Assembly (NCBI GenBank): GCA_963796055.1 | Contig: CAWCKH010000004.1 | Location: 160,001 to 224,000, forward strand | Reading direction: 5' to 3' | Length of the DNA stretch: 64,000 bases | From: an uncultured delta proteobacterium | Lineage (GTDB): Bacteria; Myxococcota; Myxococcia; Myxococcales; Myxococcaceae | In this document: positions 35,918 through 44,389 of the stretch, one piece after another | Numbering within the stretch: the stretch's first letter is position 1 | Layout: every line of letters begins with the position of its first letter | Notes under the pieces: generated by a model | Databases searched by the model: none | What the model was told of the DNA's origin: nothing | What the model saw: only the letters and a program-made list of their open reading frames with translations | Translations under genes and position numbers: made by a program

Positions 35918-38389
35918 ATGACGCGACGGACCTCGTTCCTGGGCCTGGTGATTGGCTCGGCGCTCGGAGTGACGAGCTGCGAGCAGCAGCAGTCCTCCCC
36001 GCAGGCGCCCTCCGGCCAGAAGCCCGCGGCGCCGGCTCCGGAACAGTCGGCGCCGGCGTCCACCGACGGGTTCAAGGGCGTCATCAAGCTCGACATCCGC
36101 GATTCCACCCCGGACTGGACGCCCTACACCCCGAAGCGGCCCCCCGAGGGAGCGCCCAACTTCCTGTTCATTCTCTACGACGACACCGGTCTTGCCGCCT
36201 GGTCTCCGTACGGGGGGCGGATCAACATGCCCACGCTCGACAAGCTCGCGGCGAACGGTCTCATCTACACCCAGTGGCACACCACGGCGCTCTGCTCGCC
36301 GACCCGGTCCACGATCCTCACCGGGCGCAACCACCACCTGAACGGCATGGCGGCGATCACCGAGACGGCCAGCGGCTTCCCCGGTGCCAGCGGCCGCCTC
36401 CCCGATCAGGCGGCCACCGTCGGGCAGATCCTCCAGGACGGTGGCTGGAGCACCTTCTGGATCGGCAAGAACCACAACGTCGCCGAGACGGACGTTGCCT
36501 CGGGGGCGAGCCGCAAGCTGTGGCCGCTCCAGAAAGGCTTCGACCGCTTCTACGGCTTCCTGGGAGGAGAGACCAACCAGTGGTACCCCGATCTGGTCGA
36601 GGACAACCACTTCACCGAACAGCCGTACGGGCCGGAGAAGGGGTACCACCTCTCCAAGGACCTGGCCGACAAGGCCATCGAGATACTCCGCGACCAGAAG
36701 GCGACCAACCCCTCGCGGCCCTGGTTCCTGTGGTTCAACCCCGGGGCCAACCATGCTCCGCACCAGGCCCCGAAGGACTACATCGCAAAGTACAAGGGCA
36801 AGTTCGACGATGGCTACGAGGCGTACCGCACCTGGGTCCTGGCACGGATGATCGAGAAGGGCATCCTCCCCAAGGGCACCCAGCTGACCCCGATCAACCC
36901 GCTGCCGAAGGACGTGGCCAACCCCGCGGACGTCGTGCGGCCCTGGAACACCCTCACCCCCGAGGAGAAGAAGCTGTTCGCCCGCCTGGCGGAGGTCTAC
37001 GCAGGGTTCTCGGAGTACACGGACGCCCAGGTCGGCCGGCTGATCGACTACCTGGAAAAGACCCACCAGCTGGAGAACACCGTCGTCTTCTATGCGGCCG
37101 ACAACGGTGCCTCGGGTGAAGGAAGCCCCAACGGCTCGGTCAACGAGAACAAGTTCTTCAACGGCTTTCCCGATTCGATCGCCGCCAACATGAAGTATCT
37201 GGATGTGCTCGGGGGGCCGGACACCTACGAGCACTTCCCGACTGGCTGGGCGGTGGCCTTTTCCACGCCGTTCCAGATGTTCAAGCGCTACTCCGAGTAC
37301 TCCGGGGGGACCGCGGACCCGCTGGTCATCTCCTGGCCAAAGGGAATCAAGGCGCGCGGCGAGATACGGAATCAGTACCATCACTCGGTGGACATCGTTC
37401 CGACCATTCTGGAGATCGCCGGATTGCAGATGCCCAAGGTCTACCGCGGGGTGGAGCAGTACCCGCTGAGCGGGGTCTCGATGCGGTACACCTTCGACGC
37501 CAAGCCCGACGACCCGACGAAGAAGAAGCGCCAGTACTACGCCATGCTCGGCACCCGAGGGATCTGGGAGGACGGCTGGTTCGCCGCCGCGATCCATGCG
37601 CCGCTCACCGGCAAGGGGCACTTCGATCAGGACGCCTGGCAGCTCTACCACGTGGACGTCGATCGCTCGGAGTCAAAGGATCTGGCCAAGGAGAACCCCG
37701 ACAAGCTCGAGGCATTGAAGAAGGTGTGGATGGAGGAGGCGGAAAAGAACAAGGTGCTCCCCCTCGACGACCGTTCCGCGATCGAGTTGCTGGGGACCGA
37801 GCGCCCGTCCGCCGAGCCCAAGCACGACCGGTACATCTACTATCCGGACACCACGCCCGTCCCCGAATCGGTGGCGGTCAACGTCCGTGGCCGCTCGTAC
37901 AAGATCCTCGGAAACGTGGAGATCACCGACCCCAACGCCTCCGGGGTCATCTTCGCCCACGGCTCGCGCTTCGGCGGCCACGCGCTCTTCATCAAGAACC
38001 ACAAGCTCTACTACGTGTACAATTTCCTCGGGATCCGGCCGGAGCAGAAGTTCGTGTCGAAGACCGCGATCACCCCTGGCAAGCACACGTTCGGCGTGGA
38101 GTTCGCCCGGGAAAAGGGAGGCGAGAACGGGGAATCCCTGGGGACCACCAGGCTCTACCTGGACGACAAGCTCGTCGCCGAGGGGCCAATGCGAACGCAG
38201 CCCGGGAAGTTCACCCTCTCGGGGGATGGGCTGTGCGTGGGGTATGACAGCGGCGACGCCGTGAGTCAGGAATACAAAACCCCCGGCACGTTCAAGGGCG
38301 GAACGATCCAGGGCGTCGGGGTCACGGTGGAGAAGGCCGAGTACCTGGATCTGGAGAAGGAAGCCAGAAGAGTGATGATGGCCCAGTAG
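35918..38389 (+). CDS. Arylsulfatase (Cys-type), exported lipoprotein
   Basis: LCSPTR formylglycine motif, DDTG, GKNH, ANHAPH, ADNG; N-terminal RR and TSC lipobox; C-terminal beta domain. Confidence 0.93.
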   Translation: MTRRTSFLGLVIGSALGVTSCEQQQSSPQAPSGQKPAAPAPEQSAPASTDGFKGVIKLDIRDSTPDWTPYTPKRPPEGAPNFLFILYDDTGLAAWSPYGGRINMPTLDKLAANGLIYTQWHTTALCSPTRSTILTGRNHHLNGMAAITETASGFPGASGRLPDQAATVGQILQDGGWSTFWIGKNHNVAETDVASGASRKLWPLQKGFDRFYGFLGGETNQWYPDLVEDNHFTEQPYGPEKGYHLSKDLADKAIEILRDQKATNPSRPWFLWFNPGANHAPHQAPKDYIAKYKGKFDDGYEAYRTWVLARMIEKGILPKGTQLTPINPLPKDVANPADVVRPWNTLTPEEKKLFARLAEVYAGFSEYTDAQVGRLIDYLEKTHQLENTVVFYAADNGASGEGSPNGSVNENKFFNGFPDSIAANMKYLDVLGGPDTYEHFPTGWAVAFSTPFQMFKRYSEYSGGTADPLVISWPKGIKARGEIRNQYHHSVDIVPTILEIAGLQMPKVYRGVEQYPLSGVSMRYTFDAKPDDPTKKKRQYYAMLGTRGIWEDGWFAAAIHAPLTGKGHFDQDAWQLYHVDVDRSESKDLAKENPDKLEALKKVWMEEAEKNKVLPLDDRSAIELLGTERPSAEPKHDRYIYYPDTTPVPESVAVNVRGRSYKILGNVEITDPNASGVIFAHGSRFGGHALFIKNHKLYYVYNFLGIRPEQKFVSKTAITPGKHTFGVEFAREKGGENGESLGTTRLYLDDKLVAEGPMRTQPGKFTLSGDGLCVGYDSGDAVSQEYKTPGTFKGGTIQGVGVTVEKAEYLDLEKEARRVMMAQ

Positions 38390-38518
38390 CGCCCCGCAAA
38401 CACGTCGGACCCGTGACGGTGCGACAAGGTGACCTGCGCGCCGTCAGCGGAGGGGATGCGTCCCTGGATCTCGTCGCCGTTGGCGAGCCGCACCCGGACC
38501 CGTCCTTGCTGGGGAGGG

Positions 38519-38794
38519 TCAGCCTGCCGCCTCCGGTTCCGTGTCCGTCCGGTCGATGCGAACCACCCCGCGGATCTCCAGGGTCCACCTCCAGGGGGTC
38601 TGGGTGATTCGAAGGACGACTGCCTCGCAGCTCGGACACCTCAGCACGGTGCCCAGCGCACCGCCGTACAGGAGGAGCGTCCCGATCGCCGACTCTCGCT
38701 TGCACGAGGCGCAGGTACAGGACGCGCCGGTCATCTCGTGCGCGAAGATCTCCCGGAGCACGCCCGCGGCTCCGTTGCCATCCAGGTGAGTCAT
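38519..38794 (-). CDS. DUF6510-like zinc-ribbon protein
   Basis: LDGNGAAGVLREIFA.EMT..CTCASC...G.VLRCPSC..VVLRI; two CxxC pairs. Confidence 0.8.
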   Translation of the reverse strand: MTHLDGNGAAGVLREIFAHEMTGASCTCASCKRESAIGTLLLYGGALGTVLRCPSCEAVVLRITQTPWRWTLEIRGVVRIDRTDTEPEAAG

Positions 38795-39540
38795 CGCACG
38801 CCTCCAGTGGCTCCGAATCGCTCGGTCTTCACCCGTCCCGCCGGATGACCGATGGACACCAGCAGGCTCGCCACGGACTCCACCATCGGCGTTGGTCCGC
38901 AGACTAAGACCAGGGACGCCTGGTCGGGGGCGGGCAGTGCCTCGACCAGCATCGCCCGGTCAATCCGCCGGCCATGGACGCCCGGAGGGAGCTCGGACGT
39001 CGCCCGGGTGAAGGTATGGGTGACCACCAGGCCGTCGCCCCGGGCGCCGAGGCGCTCCAGCTCCTCACGGAAGATGACGTCCTCGAGGGTACGCCAGGAG
39101 CAGAGGAGCCGCGCCGGAACGGCGCTCGCCCGCGCGGCGCGATGCCGCACCATGGCCATCAGCGGCACCACCCCGCTTCCGCCGGCGACCAGCCCGAGCG
39201 GGCCGCCCTGCTCCACCTGCCAGGTGAAGTAGCCGCCGAGGGGACCGCGGAGCTCGAGCGTGTCGCCAGCCCGGAGCTCGTCGGCGAGGAAGCTCGAGAC
39301 CTCCCCGTCGGGGAGACGCTCCACCGCGAGCTCGATGCCTTTCCCCTCGGGGGCCGTAGCAATGGAGTAGCTGCGCTGGGCCTGGTAACCGTCCTCTGCG
39401 GTGAGGCGCAGGTCGACGTGCTGTCCGGCGGCATGGCCGGGCCAGTCCGGGACGTGGAGGCGGATGAGCCTGACCCGTGGGGTGGCCCAGGCCAGCTCCC
39501 GGACCTCCGCCGTCTGCCAGGGGATGGGTCCGCGCCTCAC
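38791..39540 (-). CDS. Ferredoxin-NAD(P) reductase-family protein
   Basis: GQHVDLRLTAEDGYQAQRSYSIA, GGSGVVP, VCGP, KTERFG. Confidence 0.9.
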   Translation of the reverse strand: MRRGPIPWQTAEVRELAWATPRVRLIRLHVPDWPGHAAGQHVDLRLTAEDGYQAQRSYSIATAPEGKGIELAVERLPDGEVSSFLADELRAGDTLELRGPLGGYFTWQVEQGGPLGLVAGGSGVVPLMAMVRHRAARASAVPARLLCSWRTLEDVIFREELERLGARGDGLVVTHTFTRATSELPPGVHGRRIDRAMLVEALPAPDQASLVLVCGPTPMVESVASLLVSIGHPAGRVKTERFGATGGVR

Positions 39541-39544
39541 GCCT

Positions 39545-40150
39545 TCAGTCTCCGTCGTAGCGCTCCTCTTTCCAGGGATCGCCCCGGAGATGGTACCCGT
39601 GCGTCTCCCAGAACCCGGGCTCGTCCTGGTCCATGAACGACAGGCCGCGTACCCACTTCGCCGATTTCCAGAAGTAGAGGTGGGGCACGAGCAGTCGCGC
39701 GGGTCCGCCGTGCTCCGGCTCGAGTGGTGTGCCCTCGTATTCCCAGACGACGAGGCCCTGGCCGTCGGTCAGATCCTCCACGGCGAGGTTGGTGGTGTAG
39801 CCGCCGTCGCAGAAGGCCGTCAGGTACTCGGCCGGGGGCCCGATGCCGGCTTCCTCCAGGAGGGCGTCGAAGGTGATGCCCTTCCACCGGGTGTCGAGCT
39901 TCGACCACTTGGTCACGCAGTGGATGTCCACGGTGACGTCGGCGGTGCGGAGGGCGGTGAGCTCCTTCCAGGTCCAGCGCGCGAGATCGGACCCGTCCGT
40001 GTCCCGGATGGAGAAGCTCCATTGCTCGAGCGGGGTGTGCGGCGTTGGACCGGCGGAGAGCACCGGAAAGTCCGATGTCGGGTACTGGCCCGGGGGAACC
40101 CGGGATGGATCAACGGGGCTGCGTCGTCCGTGAAAGCCTCGGGTGGCCAT
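39545..40150 (-). CDS. Cytoplasmic sulfite oxidase-like molybdopterin protein
   Basis: PPGQY..DFPVL, DIHCVTKWS, GGYTTNL, EHGGPARL, YFWKSAKWV, GFWE..GYH. Confidence 0.9.
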   Translation of the reverse strand: MATRGFHGRRSPVDPSRVPPGQYPTSDFPVLSAGPTPHTPLEQWSFSIRDTDGSDLARWTWKELTALRTADVTVDIHCVTKWSKLDTRWKGITFDALLEEAGIGPPAEYLTAFCDGGYTTNLAVEDLTDGQGLVVWEYEGTPLEPEHGGPARLLVPHLYFWKSAKWVRGLSFMDQDEPGFWETHGYHLRGDPWKEERYDGD

Positions 40151-40177
40151 GGGGGGCTCCGTGCGCGTGGTCGGGAG

Positions 40178-41353
40178 TCAACCCCTTTCCGCCGGCGAAA
40201 TCCAACCGAGCGCCCTCTCGCTGTCCACCCGACGCCACGACCGGACCAGTGCTTCGACGGCGCGCGTGACGTCCTCCTCCGTCGTGCTGCGTCCCAGCGT
40301 GAGCCGCACCGATCCGAGGGCGTCTTCTGGCGCAATGCCCATCGCGAGGATGACCGCCGAAGCGCTCTCGGTTCCTTCGTGGCACGCCGAGCCCGTGGAA
40401 GCAGCCACCTCCGGGGCCCCGTCGAGAATGGTGTTCCCCGAAGCCCTCGGGAAGCGCACGTTGAGCGTGTTCGGCAACCGGAGCTCGCGGTGACCGTTGA
40501 GCCGGATTGCCGGTACCGCAGCCACCAGGCGATTCCAGAGCGAGTCGCGAAGCGCGCGCATCCGCGCAGCCGCTTCGAGGTCACGCCCCACCGCTTCGCA
40601 CGCCGCACCCAGCCCGACGATGCCAGCAACGTTCTCCGTGCCGGGGCGCAGACCACGTTCGTGGCTCGCGCCGAGCACGAAGGGAACGAGCGGCGTCCCC
40701 CGCTTCAGGTAGAGCGCTCCGACGCCCTTGGGTGCGTAGAGCTTGTGGCCGGCGAGGGAGAGGAGGTCGACACCGAGCTCGCGGACACGCACCGGCACCT
40801 TGCCGATGGACTGGGCGGCGTCGGTGTGAAAGACCGCGCCGTTCGCGCGCGCCAGCTCCGCGAGCTCGGCGACGGGCTGGAGCACGCCGGTCTCGTTGTT
40901 CGAGTGCATCACCGTGACCAGCGCCGTGTCGGCGTCGATTGCCCCGCGTCCCTCCTCGACACGAGCGCGGCCGTCCCCGTCGACGCCGATGCGGGAAACG
41001 CGCCACCGGTGCTTCTCCAGCCAGGCACATGGGCGTGCAGTGGCGGGATGCTCGATGACCGTCGTCACGATGCCGTTGCGCCCTTCGACCGCCTCGGCCA
41101 CGCCGCGGATCGCCAGATTGTTCGCCTCGGTGCCGCCGGAGGTGAACACCACCTCGTCAGGGTCGCAGCCGAGGAGCCCGGCGACCTGCTCGCGCGCGCG
41201 AGCCACCCCACTCCGTGCGCGCTTGCCGTAGACGTGTCCGCTCGAAGGATTGCCGAAGTGCTCCCGGAGGTACGGGACCATCGCCTCCACGACCTCGGGC
41301 AGGATTGGCGTCGTCGCGTTGTGGTCGAGGTAGATGGGGCTGCCGTCGTTCAT
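40178..41353 (-). CDS. Cysteine desulfurase (IscS/NifS group I)
   Basis: YLDHNATTP, FTSGGTEANN, HTDAAQ, GHKLYAPKG (PLP Lys), STGSACH (catalytic Cys). Confidence 0.92.
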   Translation of the reverse strand: MNDGSPIYLDHNATTPILPEVVEAMVPYLREHFGNPSSGHVYGKRARSGVARAREQVAGLLGCDPDEVVFTSGGTEANNLAIRGVAEAVEGRNGIVTTVIEHPATARPCAWLEKHRWRVSRIGVDGDGRARVEEGRGAIDADTALVTVMHSNNETGVLQPVAELAELARANGAVFHTDAAQSIGKVPVRVRELGVDLLSLAGHKLYAPKGVGALYLKRGTPLVPFVLGASHERGLRPGTENVAGIVGLGAACEAVGRDLEAAARMRALRDSLWNRLVAAVPAIRLNGHRELRLPNTLNVRFPRASGNTILDGAPEVAASTGSACHEGTESASAVILAMGIAPEDALGSVRLTLGRSTTEEDVTRAVEALVRSWRRVDSERALGWISPAERG

Positions 41354-41895
41354 GCCCACTCCTGCATCCAGAGCTTCGCCCGGTAACGGGCCCATCCGTC
41401 GGGCAACACGGTCACCACCGGGCCGTCGAGCCCACCCCTGGCTGCCACCTCGCTCGCCCCGATGCCTTCCACGGCGTAGGTGCCATCGGGCCCCAGGCGC
41501 CCGGTCTCCACCCAGTCAGCGAGCGCGGAACCGATCGGATCCGCGAGGACGATCCGGACGGTCGGCAGTGCGGCCTTCAGCCGGCGACCAACCCCCGTGA
41601 GCGTGCCTCCGGTACCGGCTCCCGCGACGAACGCGCCGACGCGACCGTTGGTCTGCTCGAGGACGCCGGTGTTGCCCGCGGTCGCCTCGATGAGCGTCAT
41701 CCCCGCACGGAGCACGCCGCGCGCCTCGGCGTCGTCGACGATCGCCTTGGCGATGCGGTCCTTCACCGAGCCGCCGGGATTCATGTGCTCGCACTTCGCG
41801 AGCACCGGGACGGGAAGGCCGCGCGCGAGGCGAGACAGCGGAACGAGAGGCGTGCGCCCGATGTGATCGAGAATGTCTCGCTGACCGGTGACCAT
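41350..41895 (-). pseudogene. Cysteine synthase (CysK/CBS-like) with two in-frame internal deletions
   Basis: IGRTPLV, NPGGSVKDR, EATAGNTG jumps directly to LEQ..GAGTGGTL; EGIG jumps to the C-terminal VVTVLPD; 181 aa against roughly 300+ expected. Confidence 0.8.
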
Positions 41896-42081
41896 CCGTA
41901 GACCAGGGCCTCGTGGACCGGGCGAGTCTACGCGGTCAACGGAAGCACCGATGCACGGTCGTGCCGCTCATGGGAACCGGCTCCTCAGGCAAGTCGGTGG
42001 CAGCTTCGAGGGAGAGGCTACGAGCCTCTTGTCCGGTGGCGGAGTCGGTGCGAGGAATCCGCTCCTCTCAGGAGGTGGCGG

Positions 42082-42537
42082 ATGATTCCGACGCACTGGA
42101 TCACGCGGGTGCAGCTGATCTGCGCGCTCGCGCTCTGCGGGCTCGGCGGTGTCGCCCGGGCGGCGCCGGCGCCATGTGGCTTGCTCACGACCGCGCAGGT
42201 CACGGCGGCGGTCGGCGGAAGCTTCAGCGCCGGTCAGCCGATCGGAACCACTGGCTGTTCATGGACCTCGGAGAAGCCGCACGTCATCGTCACCGTGTCG
42301 CTGTGGCCTCCCAAGGAGTGGGACCGGATCAAGGCCGGTCCCCTTCCGGGAACCACCATCACCCCGGCGAGCGGAGTCGGCGATGACGCCTTCTACGCGA
42401 CGCTGGCGCAGTACACGGTGCTCTATGTCAAGAAGGGCCAGACCGTGTTCCTGTTCAAGATCTACGGAGTCGCGGACAAGGCGAAGCAGATGAGCGGGGA
42501 GATGACGCTCGCCCAGGAAGCCATGGCCAAGGTCTAG
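42082..42537 (+). CDS. Secreted hypothetical protein (DUF3558-like)
   Basis: GGAGG RBS, signal peptide, PCGLLT..QV, GCSW, SGVGDDAF. Confidence 0.75.
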   Translation: MIPTHWITRVQLICALALCGLGGVARAAPAPCGLLTTAQVTAAVGGSFSAGQPIGTTGCSWTSEKPHVIVTVSLWPPKEWDRIKAGPLPGTTITPASGVGDDAFYATLAQYTVLYVKKGQTVFLFKIYGVADKAKQMSGEMTLAQEAMAKV

Positions 42538-42544
42538 GAAAACG

Positions 42545-43024
42545 TCAGAGGTACCGGCGAACCCGCGCCTTGTATTCGAGATACGGCGCGCCGAACTTCG
42601 CCGTCAGGTACCGCTCCTCGGGAAGCACCGCGAGAACGTGCACTGCGCCGAGCGCGGCGAACGCGAACGGCACCGTCCACAGCGTGCCGGCCGCCGCGCC
42701 GAGCCCGATCGTCAGGAACGCCATGCCGACGTACATCGGGTTCCGCGTGAAGCGATAGGGACCTGAAAAGACCAGTTCCGGCGTGGGCCGCCACGGCTCC
42801 GGGTCCTGACCGGTCCGGCGGAAGAGGCGGAGCGCGGAGCCGCCGAGCCCCACGCCACCGCCGATGGCCAGCACCGCCAGCGCGACGCGCGCCGCACCAC
42901 CCGGAACTGGCCAGCGAGCAACCAGCCGATCCACCACCACGCCGGCGGCCAGGCCCGCGAGGAACACGAACGGGGGAGGAATCACCACCCGCGCCCCTCC
43001 AGCTCGGCTCTGCACCTCGTTCAT
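42545..43024 (-). CDS. Isoprenylcysteine carboxylmethyltransferase (STE14/PEMT) family protein
   Basis: PPPFVFL, GPYRFTRNPMYVG, EERYL..KFG..Y..YKARVRRYL. Confidence 0.9.
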   Translation of the reverse strand: MNEVQSRAGGARVVIPPPFVFLAGLAAGVVVDRLVARWPVPGGAARVALAVLAIGGGVGLGGSALRLFRRTGQDPEPWRPTPELVFSGPYRFTRNPMYVGMAFLTIGLGAAAGTLWTVPFAFAALGAVHVLAVLPEERYLTAKFGAPYLEYKARVRRYL

Positions 43025-43231
43025 CTGGGCACCCACCGAAGTGATGTCCTCCTGGCGCGCCCGACTGTACGCTGCCGCCCGTTGTCGAGCGGACGCTGAG
43101 CGACCTGTACGTTCTGGAAGGACTCTCCGCGGCGCGCTGGTGAGTCCGCTGCGGCCCCCGGAGCGTCCAGGGAAGGTCGCACCCTCGTCAGGGGCGTTTG
43201 ACCTCGGCGCGGGGTGCGCGACGATGGGCGA

Positions 43232-43845
43232 ATGCAGGCCCCGGAGATCCTCGCCTTTCTGAGACGGCAGCGACTGGGGGTCCTTGGGTCCCTCGGCGAG
43301 GCGAGACAGCCGCAGGCGGCGGTGGTCGGCCTGGCGTTCACCGCCGAGGGAGACGCGATCTTCGACACCGTCGCGTCGTCGCGGAAGGCGGTCAATCTCC
43401 GGCACGATCCGCGGGCGTCGCTGGTCGTCTGGGAGGGCGAGCGAACCGTCCAGATGGACGGCCGCGTCGACGAGCCGGCCGGTGTGGAGCGCGACGCGCT
43501 CCTGGAACTCTACGTGCCAAGGCTCTGGGCCGAGGCCGGGAAGGCCGACGTGGGTCTGCTCGGGCCGGCGCTGGACACGATCTTCTCCAGCGGTCGGAAC
43601 GGGGACACGCTCGACGCGGTGCTCGCCGCGCTCGGGGCGCCCGAGCAGAAGCTTCTGCCGACCGCTGGCGAAAGTCGGACGACGGGATGCACGTGCTCGC
43701 GGCGGCGTTCTACGGATACCTGCGCGAGGACCGCTGGACGGAACGCGGCGGGTCCATCGAGAAGTGGCTCGATGAAGCCGTGGCGGGCGCCTCGACCCCG
43801 ACCGGCTGCACGCGACGGCCGCCCGGGTGCTGGAGCGTCCAGTGA
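43232..43845 (+). pseudogene. Truncated pyridoxamine 5'-phosphate oxidase-family gene fused to a fragment of an unrelated gene
   Basis: PNPOx-like N-half (PQAAVVG, SRKAVNLRHDPRASLV, TVQMDG) breaks off at ~43513; unrelated helical text follows, with a frameshift near 43657. Confidence 0.55.
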
Positions 43846-44046
43846 CGCGGCTCTGGCCGCTGGACGCCGACGCGGGTCGCTAGCACCTCCCTGGACTCCA
43901 CGACTGAAGCAAAACTTGGCCTTCGGAGTAGCGTTTGTATCGCCGCCATGACCGGCGAGACAACACGGGACGCGCCGGGTGACCACCGATGCAACAGTCG
44001 CGGCGCAGCTTCCGAGAGAATCCGGCGTGTTGAAGCCTCTGCGAGC

Positions 44047-44062
44047 TGGCCGCCGGTATGCA
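44047..44062 (+). promoter_or_regulatory. Putative sigma-54 promoter
   Basis: TGGCCGCCGGTATGCA (GG-N10-GC) about 38 nt upstream of an ATG with a GAGGAGG RBS. Confidence 0.5.
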
Positions 44063-44099
44063 GTCAGCACCCTCCTCCCATGAAGAGGAGGAGACGGCC

Positions 44100-44276
44100 A
44101 TGAAGACCCGACTGATGACGCTCAGGTCCCTCGAGCGGATCGCCCGCGTTCACGGGTACCGCACGCTCCTCGTCGGTGGGCTGCTGGTGATCTTCTTCCT
44201 GGGAGGACACGGTGCGTTCCACGACGGCTTCCGGTTCGCCGGGGTCGGCGTGACCGCGGGGCCCGTCGAGGCCTGA
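44100..44276 (+). CDS. Small 58-aa protein with one hydrophobic segment
   Basis: Strong RBS GAGGAGGAG; MKTRLMTLRSLERIARVHGYRTLLVGGLLVIFFLGG... Confidence 0.6.
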   Translation: MKTRLMTLRSLERIARVHGYRTLLVGGLLVIFFLGGHGAFHDGFRFAGVGVTAGPVEA

Positions 44277-44389
44277 AGACGATCGCCGTATTCCCGGGTC
44301 GGCGGATTCGCAAGTCGGCGGGGGCAACGCGTGACTTGTGCAACCCTCGCGGCGCCATAGACTAGAGGCTGACTCCACAGGAGGTTCCC

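Noticed and set aside
38400..38510. Minus-strand fragment RVRVRLANGDEIQGRI resembling an Sm-like strand
   Set aside because: Too short, lacks an RBS and runs into the sulfatase; cannot be supported.
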